This document shows positions 1 to 15,360 of a stretch of 64,000 nucleotides of DNA, in pieces. How positions within the stretch are numbered: the first letter of the stretch is position 1; every line of letters starts with the position of its first letter. This DNA is from Eledone cirrhosa (lineage: Eukaryota). The stretch spans positions 144,646,001-144,710,000 of the forward strand of contig OZ024743.1 in the NCBI GenBank assembly GCA_964016885.1, given 5' to 3'. Position numbers and translations under genes: made by a program. A model generated the notes under the pieces. That model ran no database searches. It saw nothing but the letters and a program-made list of their open reading frames with translations, and had not been told where the DNA came from.

Positions 1-282
1 TATCTGTTTAACCATCACCGACTGACATGCTTCAGCTCCGCCTCCCTGCTCCACGGTGGCATTTGGTTGAACACTATACATTCGCAGTCGACTGGTATCA
101 CACCAGTCCATTCTCACACCACCTCTTGCTCCCTCAGCATGCCACTCTGAACGATATCGTTAAAAGAGGTTTGATCGTAGTAGGCTGCTTAAATGTGCAA
201 TGAGAATACAATTTGTAGCGCAAAACCCGCGTAAGTCTAAGATAGAAGTATGAAATCAAAATAACATTTGTAATGCAAAATA

Positions 283-470
283 ATTGTTTCTACTTTTGGC
301 ACAAGGCCAGCAATTACCCAATGCATTACTGGTACTTTATTCTATCGACCCCGGAAGGATGAAAGGCAAAGTTAACCTCGGCGGGATTTGAACTCAGATC
401 ATACAGGGAGGTAACTCTATGCTTCAAAGCATGGCATCCGATCCTCTACCGATACTGCCAATCCACCGCC
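283..470 (-). mobile_element. tRNA-derived SINE (core GCCTTTCATCC..GGGGTCGATA..GTACCAG, resembling the MetaSINE-type domain)
   Basis: B-box-like GAGTTCAAATCCC on the minus strand; several near-identical copies in the window. Confidence 0.75.
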
Positions 471-999
471 TTTGCAAAATAATGCATTACAATGAGTTTC
501 AAGAATTATTGGAATATATTAGATAAATTAATTATTTCTAACAAAGAATAATGAGCTTAAAATGATATTCGATCCGTTTATATTTTGCATTAAAAAAATA
601 TATGAAGCTTTTGCTTTCCACCCAAGAAAACACTTGCACCTATATTTTTTTGCTGTTGTTGCTAAGTAAAACACTTTCACCTTGCCCTGTGAAGTACCAT
701 TTTTAATATCTTGTGAATCTCAAAATATAGTGACACGCAGAATGATATTAAAGATTTCTACCATTGACACAATCCGCTTATTTGTGGAGGAGAGAATACA
801 GTCGTAATTCAATCACGTAATTAACTGGTGCATGTTTGTCGACAGTTGAATGCTGAAAAGTGAAGTTAGTTTCAGTGGTATTTCGATTTAGATTGTAAAT
901 AAAAAAGAAAGGAAAATAAGAAAAAATTAAGCAAAGAAAGAAAAGAGGAGAGGAGGGAGTGACAAGCCCTACACCCACAGTCTGAGCAGTGTTTCAACT

Positions 1000-1590
1000 G
1001 CGGATAAAATGGCAAAGGTATTTCCGCGGAGAATGGCCAGTGACACCAGCTGCAGCAGCCATTCTCCCTCACTATATCCCTTCCTTAAGCGAGCTGTTAT
1101 CTTTCCAATTTTACGAAGGAAATAGGCAGTGCGGGACCGAGCACACCTGAGGTTTCGACGGTGACCGATACGAAAATGAAGCGGTCGGTCAAAATCGTGT
1201 ATTTAGTTATCTTCCACTCCTCTGCCTTGCGGACGGCGGCGCCCGGGATTGCGATCGAAGCAACAAGGTTGGAGATGGAGAACGAGTCGCAACACGTCGC
1301 GTCACAGATTAGAAATTTACCTCCCCCAAGTGGGAAGAGAGTTGTTCCATCGGGACGTTTACCATCACCACGGTCGAGGCCAGTTGGCTCTAGTTGTGTC
1401 GGAAAGCACGGCTGCATCGAGGTTCCTTTTGATGATGTCGTTCAGAGCGGCATGTCGGGGAAACCGGCTTGTGCTATGGCGGCATGATAGCAGGTGCAGA
1501 CCGAACTCGCCAACAACAGCTCCACAACGGAATCTATGGGGCTCACACACGCGGTGGAGGCTGAGGCATGGGGCCACTCCTGGCGCTACT
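1000..1590 (-). mobile_element. CRE-like non-LTR retrotransposon 3' fragment (zinc knuckle and restriction-like endonuclease), frameshifted
   Basis: ORFs 1365-1610 and 1097-1417: CG...HLLSC...RHAALNDII / EPTGL..GKRPDG...AEEWKITKY...VETSG; a related relic lies at about 100-190 on +. Confidence 0.65.
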
Positions 1591-1645
1591 AGATAGCAAC
1601 ATATAATCATTCGTTCCCCTTATTTTCCTCATCCACTATCCTTTT

Positions 1646-1691
1646 CGTAGTAGTAGCAGTAGCCGCAATCATCGTCGTCGTCGTCGTCGTA

Positions 1692-1761
<70 letters not shown>

Positions 1762-1768
1762 TAGTAGT

Positions 1769-1856
<88 letters not shown>

Positions 1857-1857
1857 A
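1646..1857. repeat. Compound trinucleotide microsatellite (TCG)n/(TAG)n/(CAG)n
   Basis: Seen directly. Confidence 0.95.
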
Positions 1858-2077
1858 CAAATTCTTATTTTTCTTTGCATTCATTGTTTTTTTTTAATAT
1901 TTCGTTTCAGTTACCAGTGCAATACTTCTGGGATCCAGTGTAGTTTTATGTGAGTAAGATTAAATATATTTAAAGAAATCTAATTTACTTTTAATTTTCT
2001 TACATTCTACAATCCACCGATCACTATATATTATTGTTGTTGTTATTGTTATTGTTGTTGTTATTATTTTTTCAATT

Positions 2078-3305
2078 TATCTTGCTTTATGTTCATACGA
2101 GTTATCACTAAGTCCCAACCAGTGACTTCAAGAGACAACAAGGTCTGCCATGCTCAAGAAAGAACACATACACACATACATGTATCCTTAGGTGTTTAGA
2201 CTTGTGATGTATTTATATTGACAGAATCTTCTTAAGTATATGGGCAGTTCCCATTAGTACTATCTTTTGAATTTCTCCTATACGCGGGTTTCCTGGGATT
2301 TGGGATAAGTAACCATCAAGTCTTTATATTTGCTCAATGTTTCAAATGTTTTTTTAGATACATTCTTGTCTATAGGAACGGACATATCAATTAGCAGGCA
2401 TACCCTCTTTTTAAAGTCCTTCAGTATTATATCGGGTCTATTTGCATCTATTTTTCGGTCTGTTTGGATGCTAAAGTTCCACAAATTGAGATGTGATCTT
2501 TTTCAAGTACGAGAGGTGGTTGATGCTCTCACCAATTCTTTTGATGGGGCAGGTCAAAATGCTTACACATTATCCAATGTATGTATTGTGCAGCTCTATC
2601 GTGCCTGTTTAGGTATTGGGTTGGAACTATAGGGCTGCACATTGAAATTATATGATCAATGGTCTCTGGTTGTTTTTTACATACACGGCATAATGGATCC
2701 ATCCATTTTTTATGATGTTGCCAGACACTGATCTTGTGCTGATATAATCAGTCCTTCAGACTCCGACTTCAGTCCAGAAGATGCCAACCACTGATGGGTT
2801 AAAGTGTTGTCAACATCAGGATTGTTAGCTCTTTCTGGGTATTTTCCATACAGAGGCTTTTCTTGCCATTTCTTAGCCAATTTCTCTAGCAGTTCTTTCT
2901 TTGCAGTTACTTTTTCTGTATTTTTCATTTCAGCAGTAAAGGGAACTTCTAAAATTTGCAGTTCATTACTGTATCTATGTGCATCTTTTGTAATGGAGTA
3001 TGATCTTTTGATGCTTTCATGTTTCAAAACGAGTTTGATCATCCAATCATGTGCCTCCCTTAGATATGTAGATAATTCAATTGTTGCAGTTTTCAAAGCA
3101 ATATCTAACTGGATTAACCCACGTCCTCCTTTTTTCCTAGGGAGATATATTCTATATGTATCTGCCTTAGGGTGATGCATTCTGTGCATGGTTAAGAATT
3201 TTCTAATTTTTGTATCGAGCCTACAGATCTCTGTGCTTGACTAGTTGATGACATTGAAAATGTAAGTTACTACTGGTGTGACAAGTGTGTTTATGGCATC
3301 GATCC

Positions 3306-3306
<1 letters not shown>
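2078..3306 (-). mobile_element. R4/Dong-like non-LTR retrotransposon, 5'-truncated and decayed
   Basis: HPKAD..RIYLPRKKGGRGLI and RPDII..KYKDL motifs; flanked by (TTA)n/(TTG)n. Confidence 0.8.
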
Positions 3307-3363
<57 letters not shown>

Positions 3364-3559
3364 CATTATTGGTCGTTGAAGCGAATGGACGTACTATCGT
3401 GAGCTCGTAAGTTTGTTTTGTTCAACCGTTTGAAATACGTTTGTCATTAATATTTTTGTTTCAAACAGGAAATAAAACTTTAGTCTTTACCCCCAAGAAA
3501 GGACTCCCCATAATATTTCCCCCCCCCCCCCCAACTTTGACTTTGTTGTCTTGTGATAG

Positions 3560-6500
3560 CGAGTCAAACTTTGAGATTAATAACGCTGCCCCTCCCGCAA
3601 CAATTTTAAAATGTAACAATACTTCAGGCAATATCGCCAACACCAGCACCAACAACAGTGAGAACAAAAATGACAACCACAGCAACAGCTACATTATCAA
3701 AAACAGTAAAAAAAAAAAACAGTCGTGAACAAGAACGACAACAGCACCACCAACGACAGCAAAACCAACAACAACTGCAATAACGACAACAACACCAACA
3801 ACAGAAAGAACGACAACAAAGACAACAATATCAACAACAGTGACAACCACAACAACAGCAACAACAATAACAATAGCAGCAGCAACAATATCAACAAAAA
3901 CAACAACGAAATTAATACCACTAACCAGAACATAAACAGCGACAGCACCAACAGCAACAATACCAACTGCGCCGTAAACAACAACAGCGGCGGCACTAAA
4001 GACAGCAATTATAACAGCAACAGTGATAACAACAACAACACCAACAAAAACAACGACAACAACAACAAGACCAACGACAAGAAGAAGAACACTTTCGCTG
4101 CGGCAGCAGCTAAAAAGGAGCCATGCTTCAGCATGGACTTTTCGAACAAAGATGAAAAGTAGGCCCAGGCCTGGAAGCTGATCAAGCAAGAGCAAACCTG
4201 GTCCAACTTAACTGTCCCGGCAGAAGCTATTGAAGCAGTGGAGCGCAGAACGGTGCATTACAGATGCATCTCAGCGGAAACCAAGAGGGCAGCTTTAATT
4301 CCACAAGCAGCTGTCGAAGTCGCGCTGAGGTGCATCAGGGGTGACACCGAATACATAGCGAGGGGAAGACAATACGGCACAATTTCGGAGTTGTTCAAGT
4401 CAGAAGCCCTCGCTATGAAACATGCTGTGACACCTTGCAAAACCAGCAAAGTCATGATGTACCCCTCCCACATGGGAAAAAGAACGGCCCGTCTCCGCAT
4501 TCCCAGAATCCCACCAGGACTTGACATGTGGTGGCTTCTCGGATGTGTGATTGTGGAGGGGACGGATACCGTCCCGATAGAAATAACAAGAACGGCCAGA
4601 GAGGACTGGTCCGGGGTTGACCTGGAGATACTTCTCTAGATCAGGCCGGAGATTGTCAAAACAATCCCGGACCACATCCGTCTTCAGAACGGGACGGTAA
4701 TATACATCATGACTGAGGGTAAAAGATCGCATTGTTTCGTTTGTGGGGAAAAACCCATTTGCGAGCCTTCTGCCCTCAACTGCTGAAAGATGCAAGGGGT
4801 CGAGGGGATCCATTGCTTCCGACGCCCGGACGAGGACCACAACCAATACAAGCACCGGCAAAACCACCAGCAACAACACCAATAGAAAGACCACTACCAA
4901 CATTAACCATCCAGGAGGGAAACGAGGAAAGTTGTCAAGTTCTCCCCCCCCCCCCAATACACACATCAATAAAAACATAAACACAGACACAGACACAGAT
5001 CCCTCATCTACCAGTAGTGAAAATGAGGGAAAACCAAAATCCCCCAAAATACAAAAAAGGAAACACAAAAAGAAAAGAAAAACTCAACAAAGCACAAAAA
5101 CACCCACAATAAAAAATGAAGACACCACCCACGCAAACATCTTTCCAACAACACCAACATCAACACCACCATAACCATCACCCCACAAACGCAAACAACC
5201 TAAACAGACGCAAAAACAAATACACACACAAACATCTGAATCCACAGACACCGCACTCACAACAAACACAGACACAACCGAAACAACACCATCAAAACCA
5301 TCACCACCACAGCCGCGCAAACAAATAAAATCACACCAACAAAACATATAAAACTTCGCGCTCGTTAGGAGGGCGAACAAGGAACTGATGGCCCTCGTAG
5401 CACGAAGTGAATAAATACAAAAAGAGGGGGACATTTGTAAATCGAGCACATTTCGCGTGCCGGAAGATTTGTTTCTAATGCGAATGTCGCTCGATTTATA
5501 CAAAGAGATACGAGAAGCTGTCCTCAGGACGTGGGAACCCTGAACGTGAAACCCACTTCAAGACTTTTAAAGGGGTTCCCAAAAGAAACCCCACCAACTC
5601 TGGAGGTCGAACCACCCGACCTTCACAAGAACCCGGAAGGTAAGTAAACCTTTCCTCTCTCTTTTAGCCTGCCAACATGGCCGTATTAAGAGTAGAAAGT
5701 TTAAATGTTCGAGGCCTGGGATCTTCCTGGAAGCAGGGTCACCTGCTCAACGACCTCAGGTCTCTAGAAATGGATGTAATTGCCGTCAGCGAGACCAGGA
5801 TATCCGACACGCGTGCACTAGCCTCCATTTTCGACGACTATCAGATCTTCGCATCTGTTAGCGGAGGACTGGAACGGCATCTTAGACGCACGCTGGGACT
5901 GTATGGGAGTCTCCGATAGGAGCAGGGAGTGCAAAAGCCTCAAGTACCTGATCAGTCAATTCCAACTGTTTGACAGGTACCGACTACATTTCCCTAATGC
6001 GCCAGTGTGGACCTGGACTAACCGCATAGGGTCATCTAGATCGTATATAGACAGGATATTCATTAGGAAAACAGACAGAAATAGTGTAAGTTGTCCACGT
6101 TTTAAAATGGTCGCAAGTTTGTGATCTGTATGGTCGACCTAGATAAGACGCGTAGGTTAGGACCTGGTTACTGGAAGCTGAACATGTCATTTCCGGCACG
6201 TAAGGCTTACAAGGACCGGGTCAACAATTTAGTTAAGCAAAAGTTGACAGGGGAAGTCGTCAACAATAGATGGTGGGGGGCTCTCAAAAGAGAGATTAGA
6301 ATAATGTCGATAGAGTTTAGCAAAGAAGTAGCGTTAGAGAAAAATAGATAGGAGGGGGAGTTGGTAGATAATTTAGACGAAGCTATTTGTAGTCGCATTG
6401 CAACTCACGTGCTAGCGGCGAGAATGGCATTAGATCATTTCTTCAATGTGAAACACGAAGGTTTCATTGTCAGAGCTAAGGCGCGTGCTCTGAGAAACGA

Positions 6501-7815
6501 GGGAACCAAAGCTGTTCGATGTGCCTGTGTGGAAGAGGCGCAGCGTGGTAATAAAACCACGATTCGGTCTTTGGAGAACCGAGACGGACACGAGCTGAGC
6601 GGTTCCAAGCGGATGTGTGAGGCCTTTCGCCATCATTTTGCTCGGTTGTTCGGGGGAAGTGGCGGGTCAGAGACGGTGGCGGACTTCAGTCCCTACATCG
6701 ATGGCTTGCCGCAACTCTCGACGGCCGACGCTGAGCGCTGCGAAAGGCCGATTACTTCAGCCGAGATTCAGGATGCCCTTGTCGGCTGCATGAAGCGCAA
6801 GTCACCCGGTTTGGATGGTCTGCCCTACGAGCTTTACGTAAATATGCCAGACTTGTTCTCCGATCTCCTCGAAGCGCTCTACTGCAACTGGCAGCAGAAC
6901 AGGAGTATTCCCAGTTCTGTGAGCCGGGGCGTAGTGACGCTAAGGAAAGACGAGAACAAGAGGTACACATTAGACAATTTCAGGCCCATAACTCTGCTCA
7001 ACACAGAGTTTAAGATTTTGGCCAAGGTGTTAGCGCTTGTCGTCGAGGATTTGGTTGGGGAGGTGCAAACTTGCGCAATCCCAACCAGATCCATACACGA
7101 CAACCTCCACCTCATGCGATACATCATAGAGAGGGTTGAGTGTAAACCTGGATTCGGTGGGGCTCTAATCAATTTAGACCAATCGAAAGCATTCGATAGG
7201 GTCGACCATCGGTACATGGAAGCTGTCCTCAAGGCGGCTGGCTTCGGCCTTGTCTTCAGAAGCTGGATCGCTGCATTGTCTGACCTCCAGGTGGATAAGA
7301 ATTGGGACGAGGTGACGGGCAGGGTAGCCAGTCTCACCCAGAAATGGGCTGCCAGGAAGCTATCACTGAAAGATTGGGCGGAGGTGGTGAACGCGTACAT
7401 CACGTCCGTCATCTACTGCCGCCTGACCGTCGTCCCTTGCCCCTATTCACGCCTCGCCAACTTGGAGTGGCTCCTCTTCAAATTCTTATGGAGGGGTCAG
7501 GTTCCGTTGGTGAGGTGGTCCATCTGCTGCCAGCAGCCTCTACGTGGAGGGCTGGGCATGCCGTGGCTAACGATGCGCAGACGCGCGCTGAGGCTGTGGC
7601 ATCTCCAGATATTCTTCCTAAACGGTGTACAGGTGTGGTCGCTGTTTGTCAGACGGGCCTTTCCGCAGCTCGTCTCTTTGACTGAGCTGCAGTCCTGGGT
7701 CAAGAAGAGACCGAGACTGGGTCACTGGCATCTAGAATGTTGTCAGGCACTTACTGCCCTCTACCAGGCAGGCAATGCGGTCAGTGGAACTTCCACTCTC
7801 GAGTTCTATAGAGCA
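3560..7815 (+). mobile_element. Tx1-like (L1 group) retrotransposon copy 1: Asn/Thr-rich ORF1 plus decayed APE-RT ORF2 with internal deletions
   Basis: ORF2 begins MAVLRVESLNVRGL (APE); GYWKLN, KSPGLDGLP, NFRPITLLN, LDQSKAFDRVDH, GGLG motifs. Confidence 0.85.
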
Positions 7816-8149
7816 AAGGTCTCAACCCATTTCGGCCCCTCGAAATCATGAAACGCCCCCCCCCCCCCCTACACTATTTTTCCATTTTTCAATATACTAC
7901 TGATTTTGATATCAGTAGATTACTTGGCCAAATCAAGTTATGTTAGAATCTTTAAAATATACTCGCACGAATTAAATGCAAAAAAGTTTCAGTCCAAAAC
8001 AAAGGCAAGCTATTTCAAATTATATATTTTTGAAAAAAAATAAAGATTGATCTCAGTCGAAAAAGCTTTCTTTTTTTAAATTCTATATTTCACTGTTAGC
8101 TGTTGTAATATTTTGAGTGGATAGACAATTCTACAATTCAAACTGAATT

Positions 8150-8313
8150 TACTGCGCTTATGGCATTTCTGCTGTTCAGATGTGACTTCAATACGCTCCT
8201 TACTCTCCGAATGTATTCAGTTCTTAACAATTCCTTCATTTTTTTGTTCTTTATGCCATCAGCCTCCAGAACGCCCAAATACTTGTATCCTTCCTCAGAG
8301 TCAATTTCCTTTA

Positions 8314-8315
<2 letters not shown>
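8150..8315 (-). mobile_element. Short fragment of the second Dong-like family
   Basis: Near-identical to 24558-24724; abuts (ATT)n. Confidence 0.8.
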
Positions 8316-8362
<47 letters not shown>

Positions 8363-8365
<3 letters not shown>

Positions 8366-9360
8366 AGTTGCATTTATCTTGCTTTATGTTCATACGAGTT
8401 ATCACCAAGTCACAACCAGTGACCTCAAGAGACAACAAGGTCCGCCATGTTCAAGAAAGAACATACATACTCACACATGCATCTTTAGTGTTTAGACTTG
8501 TGATGTACTTATATTGACAGAATCTTCCTTAGTATATGGGCAGTTCCCATTAGTACTATCTTTTGTATTTCTCCTATACGCGGGTTCCTGGGATTTGCGA
8601 TAAGTAATCATTAGACCCCTTAGGTATCATTCGTAGAGCGCCTACAACCACTGGTATTGTTTTAGTTCTCAATTTCCACATTTTTCCAATTTCTATCTCC
8701 AGGTCCTTATACTTGCTCAATTTTTCAAATGTTTTTATAGATACATTCTTGTCTATTGGAACGGACATATCAATTAGCAGGCATACCCTCTTTTTAAAGT
8801 CCTTCAATATTATATCAGGTCTATTTGCATCTATTTTTCGGTCTGTTTGGATGCTAAAGTTCCACAAGATTGAGATGTGATCTTTTTCAAGTATGGGAGG
8901 TGGTTGATGCTCCCACCAATTCTTTTGATGGGGCAGGTCAAAATGCTTACACATTATCCAATGTATGTATTGTGCAGTTCTGTCATCCCTGTTTAGGTAT
9001 TCGGTTGGAGCTATAGGACTGCACATTGAAATTATATGATCAATGGTCTCTGGTTGTTTTTTACATACACGGCATAATGGGCTGCATCCATTTTTTATTA
9101 TGTTTTCTTGGTAATTTTTTGTTGGCAGACACTGATCTTGTGCTGATATAATCAGTCCTTCAGTCTCCGATTTCAGTCCATAGGATGCCAACCACTGATG
9201 GGTTAAAGTTTTGTCAACATCAGGATTGTTAGCTCTTTCTGGGTATTTTCCATACAGAGGCTTTTCTTGCCATTTCTTAGCCAGTTTCTGTAGCAGTTCT
9301 TTCTTTGCAGTTACTTTTACCTGCTTTGCTTTTTCTGTGTTTTCCATTTCAGCAGTAAAT
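8363..9360 (-). mobile_element. R4/Dong-like retrotransposon 3' part (same family as 2078-3306)
   Basis: ORF 8574-9347 with CRVC..ETIDHIISMC zinc knuckle and RPDII..KYKDL endonuclease; (TTA)n on both sides. Confidence 0.85.
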
Positions 9361-10107
9361 TATTATTATTATTATTATTATTACTATTATTATTAGGGTG
9401 GGATGATGATAGTAAGGATGAAACTGATGATGATGATGATGATGATTATGATGAGAATGACTGTTATGTAATTACTGTCGATGGGGATCTGTCGGTGCTA
9501 GTAATAGTAGTGTGTATAGTGGTGGTGCGGAAGTAGAAATACTGGTGTTGTTGTTGGTGTTGGAGATGCTGTTATTGATTTTGTAGATGGTGGTGATGGT
9601 GGTAGTGATAATGTGTAGGTGGTGTTGGTGGTAGCAGTGCTGTAGAGGTGGCAGTGCTGGTAATAGTGGTGGTGCTAATGCTCTCCCACCCCTTCTACCC
9701 CTTTACCACAAAGCATGAAATACTTTGTTTTTAATGCACAGCTTCAATACACTCCCCTCCTAATGACTGTTGGAAATAATTGACACAATCTTCATGTTGA
9801 AATTAACCATTAAAATTTTAATTTCCAAATTAATCTGTTAGATGTTAATCATTCAAACGAAGGATGTTTCTGTGCTTCAATAATGAGTTTCTAAGAGACA
9901 AATCATTTTTTTTTACTGGCAGACATTTATTGGGTCCTGTGTGTGTGTGGAGGGGGGGGGGAGACACAAAAGTGGGGATTCCATTCACCCCTGACTGACC
10001 ACAAAAAGCCAGCAGTAGCAGTGGAATTTGAACTCATGACATAGAGGGAAATACTGAAAACTCATTTAGTTTGATGCACCACCACTTAACTATTTTAAAA
10101 TATTAAT

Positions 10108-10200
10108 AATTGTTTCAACTTTAGGCACAAGGCCAGCAATTACCCAGTGCATTACTGGTACTTTATTTTATCGACCCCGTAGGGATGAAAGGCAAAGTCA
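10108..10200 (-). mobile_element. SINE 3' fragment
   Basis: Matches 283-370; further partial copies at 38244-38341 and 59345-59400. Confidence 0.7.
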
Positions 10201-10259
10201 ATATTAATAATGAGAAGCGGAGTAAGATTATTTGATAGAGTGTGTAGTGTGTAACTCAC

Positions 10260-10570
10260 AGATCAGAGAGTCACTCCAGGTAGAGCTGATGCTTCTCCAA
10301 TTGAGAGATTACAGCTACAATACTATGTGCATGATGTAAGAATGTCTTAGGAAAGAAGCACTGGACAGATTTTATAGGCAAAACCAACTAGCAGGAGACC
10401 CAGGACTAGACCTCGAGCAAGATGATTGGATAACATCCATTAGCTTGGCTGGTCTTGCTGGGGGATTTAGCTGGATCAGTTGGAGATGGTTGCTCTTGAT
10501 GGGACTTACCGGAAGGAGTGTTTGAGGACTCTGCCACCTCGGCCCTCTTAGAAATAGGTGGGCGAAGGAG
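10260..10570 (+). mobile_element. RTE-like retrotransposon 3' relic
   Basis: Degenerate LQ.ER.QL.Y..H..RM....RPR.RPRAR.LDNI-like coding pattern. Confidence 0.45.
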
Positions 10571-10625
10571 TAGGATGAAAGAATATATCCACAGACATAA
10601 TAGAGTTGGGACTTAGACTTAGACT

Positions 10626-10905
10626 TTCAGACGTTCAACCATCTGGCAGGAAGGTATACGATGCTGACGATAGCTAATAAGCTTGAAACTAGTACATCGT
10701 TCCTGTGTCAGTGTTGAACAAAAAGGTGACATGGTTGCCTAAACACTGTACGGCGTAATTCGGGCTGTTTGTTTACAAGCAAACAAACCGAGCATTATAA
10801 TAAATGTTCGGTAAACCGATATGTGCATGTATGTATATATATATACATACTACTGTACGTCTGTATACATATTTGTGTGTACGTATACATACATACATAC
10901 TTATA
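10626..10905 (+). mobile_element. Non-coding HHR-bearing repeat, family B
   Basis: Homologous to 38760-39440 and 42467-43295; ends in (TA)n. Confidence 0.75.
10659..10699 (+). ncRNA. Minimal type-I hammerhead ribozyme motif (family B)
   Basis: cgatg-CTGACGA-t-AGCT(aata)AGCT-t-GAAA-CTAG-TA-catcg; stems I and II pair, with a palindromic stem III loop. Confidence 0.8.
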
Positions 10906-10937
10906 TATATATATATTTATATATATATGTATATATG

Positions 10938-12302
<1,365 letters not shown>

Positions 12303-12317
12303 TATATCTATGTGTAC

Positions 12318-12374
<57 letters not shown>

Positions 12375-12425
12375 ATTGAGAGCGATGTCTAAAATAATAC
12401 CAGTTTTTATTAATTCTCTTTATAG

Positions 12426-12682
12426 CTACATCCGTAAAAAGGCCATGCAAGTGCGCGGTTTCTGGAGATCCTCATTATTACACGTTTGATGGAGAGGTCA
12501 TTCATTTCATGGGAACATGCAAGTATATACTTGCGACTAACAAACCTGGTAGCAATCTGACTTATTTCACGGTCGAAGTAAAAAACGAACATCGTGGCAA
12601 CAAACATGTATCATATACGCGTATGCTGGATTTGAAGTTAAAAGGTGTCATCATCCGTTTATTGCCTTCCAAAGGAATACTG
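12426..12682 (+). CDS. Host gene exon: VWD domain 1, N-terminal half (FCGBP/zonadhesin-like protein)
   Basis: Acceptor ttctctttatag, donor ctg|gtaaga; reads TSVKRPCKCAVSGDPHYYTFDGEVIHFMGTCKYIL..., a typical VWD start with GDPH; phase 1 to 0. Confidence 0.9.
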
Positions 12683-12722
12683 GTAAGATAAAGAGCAGCA
12701 CACACACACACACATACACACA

Positions 12723-12831
<109 letters not shown>

Positions 12832-13485
12832 ACACACACACATACATACATACATACATACATGGTGGCTGCCAACTCGTTTTCGAGTACGGCCACTACT
12901 TTATATCCATGTAGGAGAACCCCTACCGATGCGCTGAACGAGTGTGGCTTTTTAGTCCAGCCAGCTACTTGAAAACTCTGGTACAAACACTACACTTGTG
13001 ACAATTATTGACACAGTGCTGGGCCCATGGTACCATGTGACGACAAGTGCAGAGAGATCTCCAGATATAAAGCAATGCCTGTGCCGTGAAGCTTTTATAG
13101 TGAGCAAAGGCACTGCACAAAGCCAGTCCCACTCTCTTAACCAAGATGATATTTACCAAAAAGAAGAACAAGTCAACATCATTGGATATCATCAGGGTTG
13201 CAGGTGTTATATCTGAGTTTTCCTTCTCCTAGAATTCTGCCTTGACAAAGGCTAAGGGGTCATCTCTCCCGGTGATTTTGGATGGCCATTGACTCTTAAG
13301 AGCTCCTTTTCCCCTTGACAGGTTTTGTTGTTAGTCCTGCAGGATGTCCAAAGTCACCCTCCTCACCAAGAAACCTTGGTGGGGTTGCCAGTTTAGTCGC
13401 CAACGACCCGACCATGGGACAGGTTGTACTGGGATACATGTTACCAGTAGCACCAACTGGTGACCTGACATAATACATACATACA

Positions 13486-13517
<32 letters not shown>

Positions 13518-13805
13518 CATACACACACATATATACATACATACATATACATACATATACATATATATATACACATATACATACATATACATACATATAT
13601 ATATATATATATACATACATATATATATACACATACATATATATATACACATACACATATACATACATACATACATACATACATACATACATACATACAT
13701 ACATACATACATACATGATGGCTGCCCCCTCGTTATCGAGTATGGCCATTGCACAATAAAAAAAAATAAAAAAAAAAAAATAAATAAAAAATAAAAAAAT
13801 AAAAA

Positions 13806-13868
<63 letters not shown>

Positions 13869-14588
13869 AAAAGAAAAAAAAAAAAAAAAAAAAAATACAT
13901 ACATACATACATACATACATACATACATACATACATACATACATACATAAATGAGCTCCAAGATGACAAAAACATACACCAATCTGACAAGAACAAGACA
14001 CCCACCTCTTAGTCCCCGACAGCACTTCAACGAAATATGCAACAGTACTAGTGACGTAAGAATTGCGACTACTCCATCTTCTATTACATCATCTGAGAGA
14101 CGTAGCAACAGGAGTGTTGTGTTTCATTATTGCAGGCGCACGTAATTGTTGTAGCAAAAGGTCCGCAGTCTGAATGTAACTCCAAGATGTGCGTGTTCTG
14201 ATTATATAGCATAGTATGGTGGTAGAAAAAGATGCCTACACAAGATTTTATAGTAACAATTAGTTGTGCGACACGAGAGCCATTCTTTAAATGACCGAAC
14301 CCGTTAAACTATCAACGAGCAAAATCAAAGCAAGCTGGTCAATGATTACAAACTGTGTATCCTTCTTTCATGTGTATTTAACGTGAGAATACACATATAT
14401 GCACAAGTAAATATATATACCCGCGATTCGGTAGCCGTTGACTTTTACGAGTTTCTTCGCCCTTGTTTTTCATCCCGGGTGTAAAAAAAAAAAAAAAAAC
14501 CTTTCTCCCCAGGCAGGCTTGGAGGGATTGGCAGCTTATATAGGTTATACTGGGTTACAAGTTACCAGTATCGTTTATGAGAGACCTG

Positions 14589-14619
<31 letters not shown>

Positions 14620-14681
14620 TGTATGTATGTATGTATGTATGTATGTATGTATGTATGTATGTATGTATGTGTATGTATATA

Positions 14682-14727
<46 letters not shown>

Positions 14728-14762
14728 GTATGTCCATATATACAATTTTATATACATATATG

Positions 14763-14890
<128 letters not shown>

Positions 14891-15055
14891 CACCTCATTT
14901 TTGCCAACTGAGTAGACTGAAACATCGCGAAATAAAGTGTCTTTTCATTTTACAAATGTTTACATACCTTTTATAATCAATGTCAAGACATGTCGAACAC
15001 ATGATATGATTCTAAATAAGCCCATATTTACATATATATTACTCTTATATTTCAG

Positions 15056-15360
15056 GTCAATAAGATTAAAATTAATTTACCAGTAAAGAACTATTTAGGA
15101 TTTTCTGCAGAATATTCGGCCGGTTGGACAACTATCACAACAGAATGGGGCTTAAGTTTGGAATTTGATGGGAATCACCGAATTTATTTAAGACTACCAT
15201 CAACATTTTCAAATGAATTAACAGGTATCTGCGGTGACTGCAATAGAAAGAAAGACGATATGCGGACAAAATCCGGGCGAGATGTGTCTTCACAACGCAA
15301 TAAATATAATTTAATTGGACAGAGCTACCAAGTGTGTGATGACTCTGATAAACCTGAGAA
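15056..15360 (+). CDS. Host gene exon: VWD domain 1, C-terminal half
   Basis: ttcag| ... |gtaagt; WGLSLEFDGNHRIYLRLPSTFSNELTGICGDCN motif; phase 0 to 2. Confidence 0.9.

Noticed and set aside
3689-4195. Hydrophobic minus-strand ORF resembling a membrane protein
   Set aside because: It is the antisense of the (AAC)-rich start of Tx1 ORF1
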